A program made the translations under genes and the position numbers. 32,000 nucleotides of DNA, from positions 3,090,001-3,122,000 of the forward strand of contig NC_008340.1 of the NCBI RefSeq assembly GCF_000014785.1, read 5' to 3'. Of this stretch, positions 1-7,560 are shown one piece after another. This DNA comes from Alkalilimnicola ehrlichii MLHE-1. GTDB lineage: Bacteria; Pseudomonadota; Gammaproteobacteria; Nitrococcales; Halorhodospiraceae. The notes under the pieces are model-generated. The model saw only the letters and a list, made by a program, of their open reading frames with translations. It searched no databases and was not told the origin of the DNA. Within the stretch, counting starts at the first letter, position 1. The number at the start of each line of letters is the position of its first letter.

Positions 1-928
1 CAGAATAAAAGACCTTGCTGGAGAAACTCAGCCGGTCACTGGCCTGGAAGGCATGGGTGAGGTCCCACTTCCAGTAGTTCACGGAGATGTTGTTGTCCTT
101 GCGCCCCTCACCGAGCCGGCGCTTGCCGCGCGGATCGATGGCGAAGTCCTCGGGGGAGAGGTTGCTCTCATCGTAACCGTCGGAGCGCTCCCGAAAGTGG
201 AGAATCGACGTCCGCAGATCGTGCCGGGCATTCACGTCCCAGTCGAAGCTGGCGTAGAAGTCGTCGAACTGGTGCTCCTCGGTATCAAACACCCCGTCCG
301 AATTGGCCCCGGTATAGGCCAGCACCACGCCCACGTCGTCCACGGTACGCCGGTGCATCAGGTGGCGTTTGAAAGTGCCCTGATTACCCCCCGCCAGTTC
401 CACCGTGGTCTCCGGCGTGGGCGTGGCCTGCTTGTTGCGGAAGTTGACGATGCCGTGGTTGTTCAGCGGCCCATGGATCAACTGCCCCGCGCCCTTCAAT
501 ACCTCCACCCGCTCCAGGCGCTGCATGGGCGGCGTGTAGTGGGCACTGGGGTCCAAGTAGTTGCTGGCGCTGATCGGCGAACCATCCTCCAGCAGCAAGG
601 TCTTGCGGGAGCGCCGGGGCGGCGCGCCACGCACGCCGATGCCGCTACGCAGGCCCAGGGCATCATCATCAATGGTCCTGACGCCGGCGACGAAATCAAA
701 GGCATCGTGCAGGGTGAACGGCCGCAGCGCCTCGAAGTCGAGATCGGTGAGCACCGAGGCCGCGCCGGGCGTATCAGCCACCTCATCGAGCAGCAGCGCA
801 CGCACCTGCAACGGCTGCAGGGCGCGGACGGCGCCGGCGGTCTCGTCCTCAGCCAGGGCCGCGCCGGCGGCTGGCAACAGGCTCAGGCCGGCAGTCAGAC
901 AAATCAGGGAATGGGTCTTGCGGTCCAT
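1..928 (-). CDS. TonB-dependent outer-membrane receptor, N-terminal ~309 codons (C-terminus lies beyond the window edge)
   Basis: Absent from the ORF track because it has no stop in the window. Reverse-strand reading from the ATG (cat at 926-928), preceded by SD GAGGAGGAG, gives MDRKTHSLICLTAGLSLLPAAGAALAEDET (signal peptide). A TonB-box-like LQPLQVRA and plug-domain motifs follow (GIGVRGAPPRRSRKTLLLEDG, LERVEVLKGAGQLIHGP). The frame I hand-translated is open down to base 2. The + ORF 53..976 is its antisense shadow. Confidence 0.8.
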   Translation of the reverse strand, partial: MDRKTHSLICLTAGLSLLPAAGAALAEDETAGAVRALQPLQVRALLLDEVADTPGAASVLTDLDFEALRPFTLHDAFDFVAGVRTIDDDALGLRSGIGVRGAPPRRSRKTLLLEDGSPISASNYLDPSAHYTPPMQRLERVEVLKGAGQLIHGPLNNHGIVNFRNKQATPTPETTVELAGGNQGTFKRHLMHRRTVDDVGVVLAYTGANSDGVFDTEEHQFDDFYASFDWDVNARHDLRTSILHFRERSDGYDESNLSPEDFAIDPRGKRRLGEGRKDNNISVNYWKWDLTHAFQASDRLSFSSKVFYS

Positions 929-1195
929 ACGGGGTCTCCTCCTCTCACCCACGATTTCTGGTTTCGTATGGATTGAGTGTGCCCCCTGGAAGGCGCGCAT
1001 GACATAGGAGAAATTCCTGATCGCACAGATTGTTAAGGGGACGCACAGCGGTCTGGGGAAGGGCATAAAAAGCGACGCACATCCCTGTGCGCCGTCAAAG
1101 GCACGGCGTGAGCCGGAAGCACCCGATACACCGGTCACGGACCCGTGTGGGCCCCAGGGCGGGGCCCGCCGCTTCACTAGGAGGAGCGAAGAGGA

Positions 1196-2440
1196 TCAGA
1201 AGAACAGAATGGCACCCAGGGCCACGTTGTCCTCGCGATTGTCGTCACCCGCATGGTTCTCGGCCTTGGTCCGGGTGAACTCGGCGACCAGGTTCAGGTT
1301 CGGCGTGATCGGATGGTACGCGCCCACGATCACCGAGCTGTTGCGGTCAAGCAGGGTATCGGGATCGCCGTTGTTTTGGTCCAGGTTGCTTTCCCCGTAA
1401 CTCAAACCGAGCTTGGTGCCCAATCCCGGCAGGGTGTAGGTGCCCTGCAGCATGAAGCCGTCAGAGTCGCGGCGCGTCCCATCCGCGGAGGCGGCTTGGT
1501 GGAGAAACGCCGTGGTGCCGATGCCCTTGCCTTCGTAGTAGTAGGCGACGCCCTCGAAGCCGGCGATGCCCGCCTTGACGCCCAGGTCGAACCCGGTGGC
1601 GCGGAAGTCATCGAAGCTGCCGTCCCGGTCATCCACCTTCTGGTTGATGAACCCGGCCCAGACGCGGCCACTGACATCCCGAGCCGTCCAATCGTAAGTG
1701 ACTTTGCCCTCGACCGCCGGGCTGGTCTTTTCCCCCACCGCAGCTAGGGAGTTGTCACCCGGCGCGACGGTGAAGGGATCGAAGGGATCAGTGGCGCCGA
1801 TCACAAAGCCAAAGCCGTTGAAATCGGGCGAGGCGTAGCTGATCTGCGCCTTCCAGTCCGCGTAGAGATAGCCGTTGCCGACCCGACCCAAGGAGGTGTT
1901 GCCACCCCCCAGGGTGATATCGGAGACCGTGCCCACCCCCAACAGGCTCATATCGGAGAGGATGGCATCGGAGCCGAAGATCCCCAGGTCACGCCCGAGC
2001 TTGAAGGTACCGATGCGCTCATTGCCCACGGTCAGGAAAACCTGACGGAAGTTCACGTTGCCGAAGCCCAGCCCAGTGTCCGCCGAACCGGCGACGGAGA
2101 CCGCGTCCCCGCCATCCACACCCGGCCAGTAGCTGACATAGGCCGCGATATCGAGGCCGTTCTGGGTGGTGGAGGCGCCGATGCCGAGCTTCGCTGGCAG
2201 AAAACCGGTTCGGATATTGGCGCGCCGGTCGCTCTCCGCGGCGTCCGTGCAGGCCAGGCCGCCCTGGACGGTCGCCGCATCGCTCTCGCAACGGGTGTTC
2301 GTGTAATAGGCATTGACGTTGCCGTCGAAGGTCAGGGTCCAATCACCGGCCTCGACCTCGATCTGCGCCTGGGCGGCGGAGGCCAGCAATAGGCCCGCCA
2401 TACCTGCAGCCGTGGCCACTGGAGTGGTAAAACGTCGCAT
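1196..2440 (-). CDS. Outer-membrane general porin (beta-barrel)
   Basis: 414-aa ORF with signal peptide ...LLLASAAQAQ. Alternating Gly/Tyr/Asp-rich strand pattern, aromatic C-terminus ...ALGAILFF, SD GAGGAGA 8 nt before the ATG. Confidence 0.8.
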   Translation of the reverse strand: MRRFTTPVATAAGMAGLLLASAAQAQIEVEAGDWTLTFDGNVNAYYTNTRCESDAATVQGGLACTDAAESDRRANIRTGFLPAKLGIGASTTQNGLDIAAYVSYWPGVDGGDAVSVAGSADTGLGFGNVNFRQVFLTVGNERIGTFKLGRDLGIFGSDAILSDMSLLGVGTVSDITLGGGNTSLGRVGNGYLYADWKAQISYASPDFNGFGFVIGATDPFDPFTVAPGDNSLAAVGEKTSPAVEGKVTYDWTARDVSGRVWAGFINQKVDDRDGSFDDFRATGFDLGVKAGIAGFEGVAYYYEGKGIGTTAFLHQAASADGTRRDSDGFMLQGTYTLPGLGTKLGLSYGESNLDQNNGDPDTLLDRNSSVIVGAYHPITPNLNLVAEFTRTKAENHAGDDNREDNVALGAILFF

Positions 2441-2558
2441 GGTTGCATTCTCCTCTAGGGGTTCGGCGTATCACTTTTTTCGTTATCGCCGTGGTTCAAT
2501 TGTTTTGTGGTTGGCTACCAGCCCCACGCTTCCCTCGTGTGATAACGCCGAACCCTAA

Positions 2559-2574
2559 AGCAGCGACCATGCCA
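2559..2574 (-). promoter_or_regulatory. Candidate sigma-54 (-24/-12) promoter for the porin gene
   Basis: The reverse complement reads TGGCAT-GGTCG-CTGCT. GG and GC have the canonical spacing of TGGCAC-N5-TTGCW. It lies ~120 nt upstream of the porin ATG at 2440. The -12 element is CTGC rather than TTGC. Confidence 0.45.
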
Positions 2575-2658
2575 ACAACCAAAATCCCTACAGACACCAA
2601 CACTTAATACATAGCTGCCGGCTCAGCCAGTTGGCCTTATGTACCCATGACAACACAG

Positions 2659-2809
2659 TGTGACACCCACTATTCACAGGAATGCCACACCATTAGGATG
2701 CAGGTTCGGTGACTAAACCCCACACCCACAATGGGGCGATCACTGTTGTCCCGGCCATCGAAACCCCGGTGTCACAACTCATCGGGAAACTGTGCCATCA
2801 GCGTGACAC
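2659..2809. promoter_or_regulatory. Cluster of GTGACAC/GTGTCAC elements plus an ACTGTGCCAT-CAGCGTGACA box; candidate enhancer (UAS) for the sigma-54 activator
   Basis: TGTGACAC at 2659-2666. GTGTCAC at 2769-2775 and GTGACAC at 2803-2809 form a 7-bp inverted repeat with a 27-bp spacer. ACTGTGCCATCAGCGTGACAC lies at 2789-2809. The cluster sits between two divergent -24/-12 promoters, and a related box recurs at 7303-7337. Confidence 0.4.
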
Positions 2810-2872
2810 TTGCTGCGACAACAACTGCCCAGCAACTCGACATCAGGCCGATATTCAGTGGGTTACACAGGA

Positions 2873-2888
2873 TGGCCCAACCCTTGCT
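2873..2888 (+). promoter_or_regulatory. Sigma-54 (-24/-12) promoter for aldehyde dehydrogenase
   Basis: TGGCCC-AACCC-TTGCT matches TGGCAC-N5-TTGCW with correct GG/GC spacing. It lies 137 nt upstream of the ATG at 3025. A sigma-54 activator gene is present in the window. Confidence 0.65.
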
Positions 2889-3024
2889 CTCTCCATCGCT
2901 GAGTCGGCAGGGTCGGCGTTGAACGGGCCCCCCGCACCGCCCCCCCGACCCGAGGCCTCCCGTCGAAGGGCTCAGGCCGAATACAGCAGATAACAAACCG
3001 AATGATGCGATCGAGGAGACAGTA

Positions 3025-4545
3025 ATGATCTACGCAAACCCCGGTGAGCGCGACGCGAAAGTCCAGTTCAAACCCCGCTACGGAAACTTCATCAATGGCG
3101 AGTGGGTAGAACCGGCCAGTGGCCAGTATTTTGAGAACATCACCCCGGTAACGGGAGAAGTATTCTGCGAAGTCGCCCGGTCCAATGCCGATGACGTGGA
3201 ACGCGCCCTGGACGCGGCCCACGCCGCCAAAGATGCCTGGGGGAAAGCGTCGGTGACCGAGCGTGCCAACGTGCTGCTGAAGATCGCCGATCGCATGGAG
3301 GCCAACTTGGAGCGCCTGGCGGTGGCCGAGACCTGGGACAACGGGAAGCCCGTGCGTGAAACCCTCAACGCCGATCTCCCGTTGGCCATTGATCACTTCC
3401 GCTACTTCGCCGGGGCCATCCGGGCCCAGGAAGGCGGTATCAGCGAGATCGACCACGACACCATCGCCTACCACTTTCATGAGCCGCTGGGCGTGGTGGG
3501 GCAAATCATCCCCTGGAACTTCCCGCTGCTGATGGCCACCTGGAAGATCGCCCCGGCCCTGGCTTGTGGCAACTGCATCGTGCTCAAGCCCGCCGAGCAG
3601 ACACCGGCGTCCATCCTGGTGTTGATGGAGTGCATCCAGGACGTGCTGCCCCCGGGGGTGCTGAACGTGGTGAACGGCTTCGGTGTCGAGGCCGGCAAGC
3701 CGCTGGCCACCAGCAACCGCATCGCCAAGGTGGCGTTCACCGGCGAGACCACCACCGGGCGGCTGATCATGCAGTACGCCGCCGAGAACATCATCCCGGT
3801 AACCCTGGAGCTGGGCGGCAAATCGCCGAACATCTTCATGGCCGACGTGATGGACCAGGATGACGACTTCCTGGACAAGGCCATTGAGGGGATGACCCTG
3901 GCGTGCCTGAACCAGGGCGAGGTCTGCACCTGTCCCTCGCGCGCGCTGATCCAGGAGGACATCTACGACGATTTCATTGCCAAGGTGATCGACAGGTTCA
4001 GCATGGTGAAACAGGGCAACCCGCTGGACACCGAAACCATGATCGGGGCCCAGGCCTCCTCCGAGCAGATGGAGAAGATCCTGAGCTACATGGACATCGG
4101 TCGGCAGGAAGGCGCCGAGTGCCTCATCGGCGGCGACCGCGCCGAGATCGGCGGTGATTTCCAGAACGGCTACTACGTGCAGCCGACCCTGTTCCGCGGC
4201 CACAACAAGATGCGCATCTTCCAGGAGGAGATCTTCGGCCCGGTGGTTTCCGTCACCACTTTCAAGGACGAGGCCGAGGCGCTGGAGCTGGCCAACGACA
4301 CCCTCTACGGCCTGGGGGCCGGTCTCTGGAGCCGCAGCGCACACACCACCTACCGCATGGGCCGGGCCATCCAGGCCGGCCGGGTGTGGACCAACTGCTA
4401 CCACCTGTACCCGGCCCATGCCGCCTTTGGTGGTTACAAGCAGTCCGGCATCGGGCGGGAGAACCACCAGATGATGCTGGAGCACTACCAGCAGACCAAG
4501 AACCTGCTGGTGAGCTACAGCCCCAAGGCCATGGGCTTTTTCTAA
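3025..4545 (+). CDS. NAD(P)+-dependent aldehyde dehydrogenase (acetaldehyde dehydrogenase, AcoD/ExaC-like, 506 aa)
   Basis: 506 aa with SD GAGGAGA. N-terminus ...[16 protein letters not shown] hallmarks include PWNFPLLM, catalytic-Glu motif ELGGKSP, catalytic-Cys region [11 protein letters not shown] and EEIFGPV. Its length and N-terminus are typical of the 506-aa ethanol/acetoin-associated ALDH group. Confidence 0.93.
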   Translation: MIYANPGERDAKVQFKPRYGNFINGEWVEPASGQYFENITPVTGEVFCEVARSNADDVERALDAAHAAKDAWGKASVTERANVLLKIADRMEANLERLAVAETWDNGKPVRETLNADLPLAIDHFRYFAGAIRAQEGGISEIDHDTIAYHFHEPLGVVGQIIPWNFPLLMATWKIAPALACGNCIVLKPAEQTPASILVLMECIQDVLPPGVLNVVNGFGVEAGKPLATSNRIAKVAFTGETTTGRLIMQYAAENIIPVTLELGGKSPNIFMADVMDQDDDFLDKAIEGMTLACLNQGEVCTCPSRALIQEDIYDDFIAKVIDRFSMVKQGNPLDTETMIGAQASSEQMEKILSYMDIGRQEGAECLIGGDRAEIGGDFQNGYYVQPTLFRGHNKMRIFQEEIFGPVVSVTTFKDEAEALELANDTLYGLGAGLWSRSAHTTYRMGRAIQAGRVWTNCYHLYPAHAAFGGYKQSGIGRENHQMMLEHYQQTKNLLVSYSPKAMGFF

Positions 4546-4558
4546 GCTGACGTCAGGC

Positions 4559-4590
4559 GCGGGCGGCGTAAAGCCGCCCGCTCGCTTTCC
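4559..4590 (+). terminator. GC hairpin with a weak T-tract after the aldehyde dehydrogenase (partial terminator/attenuator or mRNA stabiliser)
   Basis: GCGGGCGGC-gtaaa-GCCGCCCGC is a perfect 9-bp stem (4559-4581), followed by tcgctttcc. Confidence 0.45.
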
Positions 4591-4660
4591 CGACGACCGG
4601 TCCTGCCGGCGCCGTCCTCGAAGAGGGGCACCGGCCGGTCCGACACCAGGAGGCAGGCGC

Positions 4661-5041
4661 ATGAGTCATTCCCCCGTATCCCGCGTCACCGCCACCGAGG
4701 CGGCGCTGGAACTCATCGACGAACTGCGCGCCCAGCATGGTGAGTTAATGTTCCACCAGTCCGGCGGCTGCTGCGACGGCAGCTCACCCATGTGTTATCC
4801 GAGGGGCGAATTCCGCATCGGTCAGAGCGACATCTTGCTCGGCGAGATCGGTGGCTGTCCTTTCTACATGAGCGAGTCCCAATTCGAATACTGGCAACAC
4901 ACCCACCTGATTATCGACGTTGTGCCCGGCCGTGGCGGCATGTTCTCGCTGGAGGGCCCCACGGGCAGACGTTTCCACACCCGTTCAAGGCTGTTCACCG
5001 ATGCCGAATGGACGGCATTGCAAGCGCAGGAGGGCCGCTGA
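4661..5041 (+). CDS. DUF779 family protein (commonly paired with aldehyde dehydrogenases)
   Basis: 126 aa with SD CAGGAGG. Motifs FHQSGGCCDGSSPMCY and VVPGRGGMFSLEG match what I recall of DUF779. Its position directly downstream of an ALDH is the classic context. Confidence 0.8.
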   Translation: MSHSPVSRVTATEAALELIDELRAQHGELMFHQSGGCCDGSSPMCYPRGEFRIGQSDILLGEIGGCPFYMSESQFEYWQHTHLIIDVVPGRGGMFSLEGPTGRRFHTRSRLFTDAEWTALQAQEGR

Positions 5042-5107
5042 GCGCAGGCGGTCTACCCCAACTGACAGAACTAAGGTGCCCCCACTAGAGGCGCCGGAGA
5101 ATGATCT

Positions 5108-7174
5108 ATGCGACCACTGACCCCATACCCCACCCTGGGTGTTCTCTCATCCCTGATCCTCGGCACCGCGGGCACCGCCGTGGCCGACACCACCCCATCG
5201 GCCGAGGCCTTGGAGCCTATCCAGGTCACCGCACCGCGCCTGGAGCGGGATTGGCTGGCAAACCCATCCGCCGTCGGCGTGCTCACGCCGGAGGACATCC
5301 AGCCCGGGCACCAGAATCTGCAGATGGATGAACACCTGAACCGGATCCCCGGCCTACAGATGCAAAACCGCTACAACTTCTCCCAGGATTTGCGGGTCTC
5401 CATCCGCGGCTTTGGCGCGCGCGCGCCCTTCGGTATCCGGGGGCTGCGGGTAATCGTGGACGGGATCCCCGAAACCCTCCCCGACGGGCAGTCCCAAGTG
5501 GACGCCATCGACCTGGAATCGCTGCACCAGGCCGAGGTCATCCGCGGCCCCAGCTCAACCCTTTACGGCAACGCCGCGGGCGGCGTGCTCGATCTCCGTA
5601 CCCAAAGCGGCCGGGATATCGACGGCGCCGCGGTCAAGCTGGATTACGGCAGCGACGACTTCCGGCGCATCGGCCTCAAGGCGGGCGGCGGCCAGGGGCC
5701 TTGGGAGTACAGCGTCAGTACCTGGGATATGCGCTACAACGGCTACCGGGATCACAGTCGGGTGGAGAAGCGCCTGTTCAACAGCAAGCTGGCCTATGAA
5801 TGGGCTGATGGCGGACGCCTGGAGACCATCGTCCGCCTGTTGGATGCCCCGGACACCCAGGATCCGGGCTCCCTGACCCTGGACCAAGTGGATGAGGACC
5901 GCCGGCAGGCACGCCCCGAGTCAAAGGCACTGGATGGCGGCCAGTCCGCCGAGCAGCAGACGGTGGGCCTGGTCTACTCGCGTCCCATGGCCGCCCAGGA
6001 CGAAATCACCCTGCGCGCTTTCTACACCCGCCGCGATTTCGGCAATCGACTGCCCTTCGAGAGCGGTGGTCAGGTTCAGTACGAGCGCGACTTTTACGGC
6101 CTGGGCGGCCAATACACCCATCTCAACGAAGTGATGGGGCGCCCCGCCCGGCTCGGCGTAGGCTTCGACGCCGAGGAACAGCGCGACGACCGCCAGCGCT
6201 TTGACAATCTGGCCGGCGGGGCGCGCGGTGACCAGACCTTCGACCAGCGGGAAAAGGCGCGGACCCTGGCGCTCTTCAGCCAGGGCGATCTCGCCCTGAC
6301 CGACCGGTTGGACCTCGTCTTCGGAGCGCGCTTCGACCAACTGCGCATCGCCGTCGATGACCGATTCCAGCCGATGGGTGAAGACCGCTCCGGGCGTGAG
6401 ACCTTCAACGAGTGGAGCTACAGCACCGGTCTGAGCTACCGCTGGGCCCGCGCCCACCAGATCTACGCCAACGTCGGCACATCCTTCGAGAGTCCCACCT
6501 TCACCGAGTTCGCGAATCCCGACGGTGGCACCGGGTTCAATCCCGACCTGAAACCCGAAAAGGCCGTCAACTACGAGCTGGGCGCCAAGGGGTTCATCGG
6601 CGATCACAGCCGTTACGAGCTGTCGCTTTACACCATTCGCGTCCGCGATGAGATCGTTAATTTCCAGCGGGACGCCGGTCGCGACTTCTACGAGAACTCA
6701 GGCCGTTCCCGCCGTAACGGCCTGGAACTGGGCCTGGAACACCGCCCCGCAGACCAATGGGTCCTGACCGCCGCCTACACCTACACCGACTTTGAGTTCC
6801 GCGACTTTGAAGACCGGTTCGGTAATGACTTCAGCGGCAACGCCTTCCCCGGCGTCCCGCGCCAACAGTTATTCGCCGAGGCGGCGTGGCAGGATCGCGA
6901 GGGCCGCTTTGCCGCCCTGGATGTCGTTGCCGTTGACCGGCAGTACGCGGACAACGCCAACGAGGAGCGGGTATCGGGCTACGGGGTCGCCAACCTCCGC
7001 GCCGGCACCCGGCTAAGGCTGCAGGGCCTGGAGGTCTCGCCCTATGTGGCGGTGAACAACCTTTTCGACAAAGAGTACTTCAGCAACATTCGCATCAATA
7101 CCTTCGGCGGGCGCTTTTATGAGCCCGCCCCCGAGCGCACTGTCTTCGCCGGCGTTACCATCCGCCCCCGATAG
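5108..7174 (+). CDS. TonB-dependent receptor, YncD/PqqU-like subfamily (candidate PQQ or metal-chelate importer)
   Basis: 688 aa. Signal peptide ...GTAGTAVA, TonB-box-like EPIQVTAPR. Plug region PGLQMQNRYNFSQDLRVSIRGFGARAPFGIRGLRVIVDGIPETLPDGQSQ...VIRGPSSTLYGNAAGG. C-terminal NLFDKEY...GRFYEPAPERTVFAGVTIRPR. The subfamily call rests on remembered resemblance to E. coli YncD and is not computed. Confidence 0.85.
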   Translation: MRPLTPYPTLGVLSSLILGTAGTAVADTTPSAEALEPIQVTAPRLERDWLANPSAVGVLTPEDIQPGHQNLQMDEHLNRIPGLQMQNRYNFSQDLRVSIRGFGARAPFGIRGLRVIVDGIPETLPDGQSQVDAIDLESLHQAEVIRGPSSTLYGNAAGGVLDLRTQSGRDIDGAAVKLDYGSDDFRRIGLKAGGGQGPWEYSVSTWDMRYNGYRDHSRVEKRLFNSKLAYEWADGGRLETIVRLLDAPDTQDPGSLTLDQVDEDRRQARPESKALDGGQSAEQQTVGLVYSRPMAAQDEITLRAFYTRRDFGNRLPFESGGQVQYERDFYGLGGQYTHLNEVMGRPARLGVGFDAEEQRDDRQRFDNLAGGARGDQTFDQREKARTLALFSQGDLALTDRLDLVFGARFDQLRIAVDDRFQPMGEDRSGRETFNEWSYSTGLSYRWARAHQIYANVGTSFESPTFTEFANPDGGTGFNPDLKPEKAVNYELGAKGFIGDHSRYELSLYTIRVRDEIVNFQRDAGRDFYENSGRSRRNGLELGLEHRPADQWVLTAAYTYTDFEFRDFEDRFGNDFSGNAFPGVPRQQLFAEAAWQDREGRFAALDVVAVDRQYADNANEERVSGYGVANLRAGTRLRLQGLEVSPYVAVNNLFDKEYFSNIRINTFGGRFYEPAPERTVFAGVTIRPR

Positions 7175-7193
7175 CGCCCCACCAGTCCTCCGG

Positions 7194-7235
7194 CCCCCTG
7201 TTCCGGCCCCACCGGACAGGGGGTCCTTTGCTTCC
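7194..7235 (+). terminator. Rho-independent-like terminator after the TonB receptor
   Basis: CCCCCTGTTCCGG-cccca-CCGGACAGGGGG is a 12-bp stem with one bulged T (7194-7223), followed by tcctttgcttcc. Confidence 0.55.
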
Positions 7236-7302
7236 GGGGTGCCGGCCACAGCAACCCGATAAAGGTGCCTGTCTCCCGCCTGTAACAGCCCCGGCCCGGC
7301 CG

Positions 7303-7337
7303 ACTGTGCCATTCCTGGGACACTGCAGCGTGACAGC
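7303..7337. promoter_or_regulatory. Candidate UAS upstream of the PQQ-ADH promoter, related to the box at 2789-2809
   Basis: ACTGTGCCAT (7303-7312), then GGGACAC, then CAGCGTGACA (7326-7335). Both decamers ACTGTGCCAT and CAGCGTGACA are shared with the aldehyde dehydrogenase upstream region. The box lies ~130-160 nt upstream of the -24/-12 promoter at 7466. Confidence 0.4.
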
Positions 7338-7465
7338 CCCGATTTCAGCCGGTTCGCGACCCGACGCCGGCCCCCCATCGCCAAGGACAGCCCCCTCGCC
7401 ACGGCCCCGCCCCGCGTCATTCTGACGCACCTTGAGCGCCATCTCCGAGCACCCAAACGCAGAGC

Positions 7466-7481
7466 TGGCATAGCTGTTGCT
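7466..7481 (+). promoter_or_regulatory. Sigma-54 (-24/-12) promoter for the PQQ alcohol dehydrogenase operon
   Basis: TGGCAT-AGCTG-TTGCT is a near-perfect match to TGGCAC-N5-TTGCW. It lies 80 nt upstream of the ATG at 7561. Confidence 0.75.
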
Positions 7482-7560
7482 TGAAGGACGTTGCGGGCTG
7501 GCCACCAAGCCATCCAATTGCCTGGCAACGAAAAAAGAGATGAGAGGAGAAAGGCGAACA

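Noticed and set aside
2709-2993. A 94-aa ORF (GTG start) inside the porin/ALDH intergenic region, plus overlapping small ORFs.
   Set aside because: It has no SD and no recognisable domain. It runs straight across the predicted -24/-12 promoter and UAS elements, so it is more likely non-coding regulatory DNA.
5042-5107. A Fur box upstream of the TonB receptor (GAGAATGATCTAT). I also looked at 929..1100 upstream of the partial receptor.
   Set aside because: Only a partial half-site resembles GATAATGATAATCATTATC, and there is no dyad. That is insufficient to claim iron regulation.
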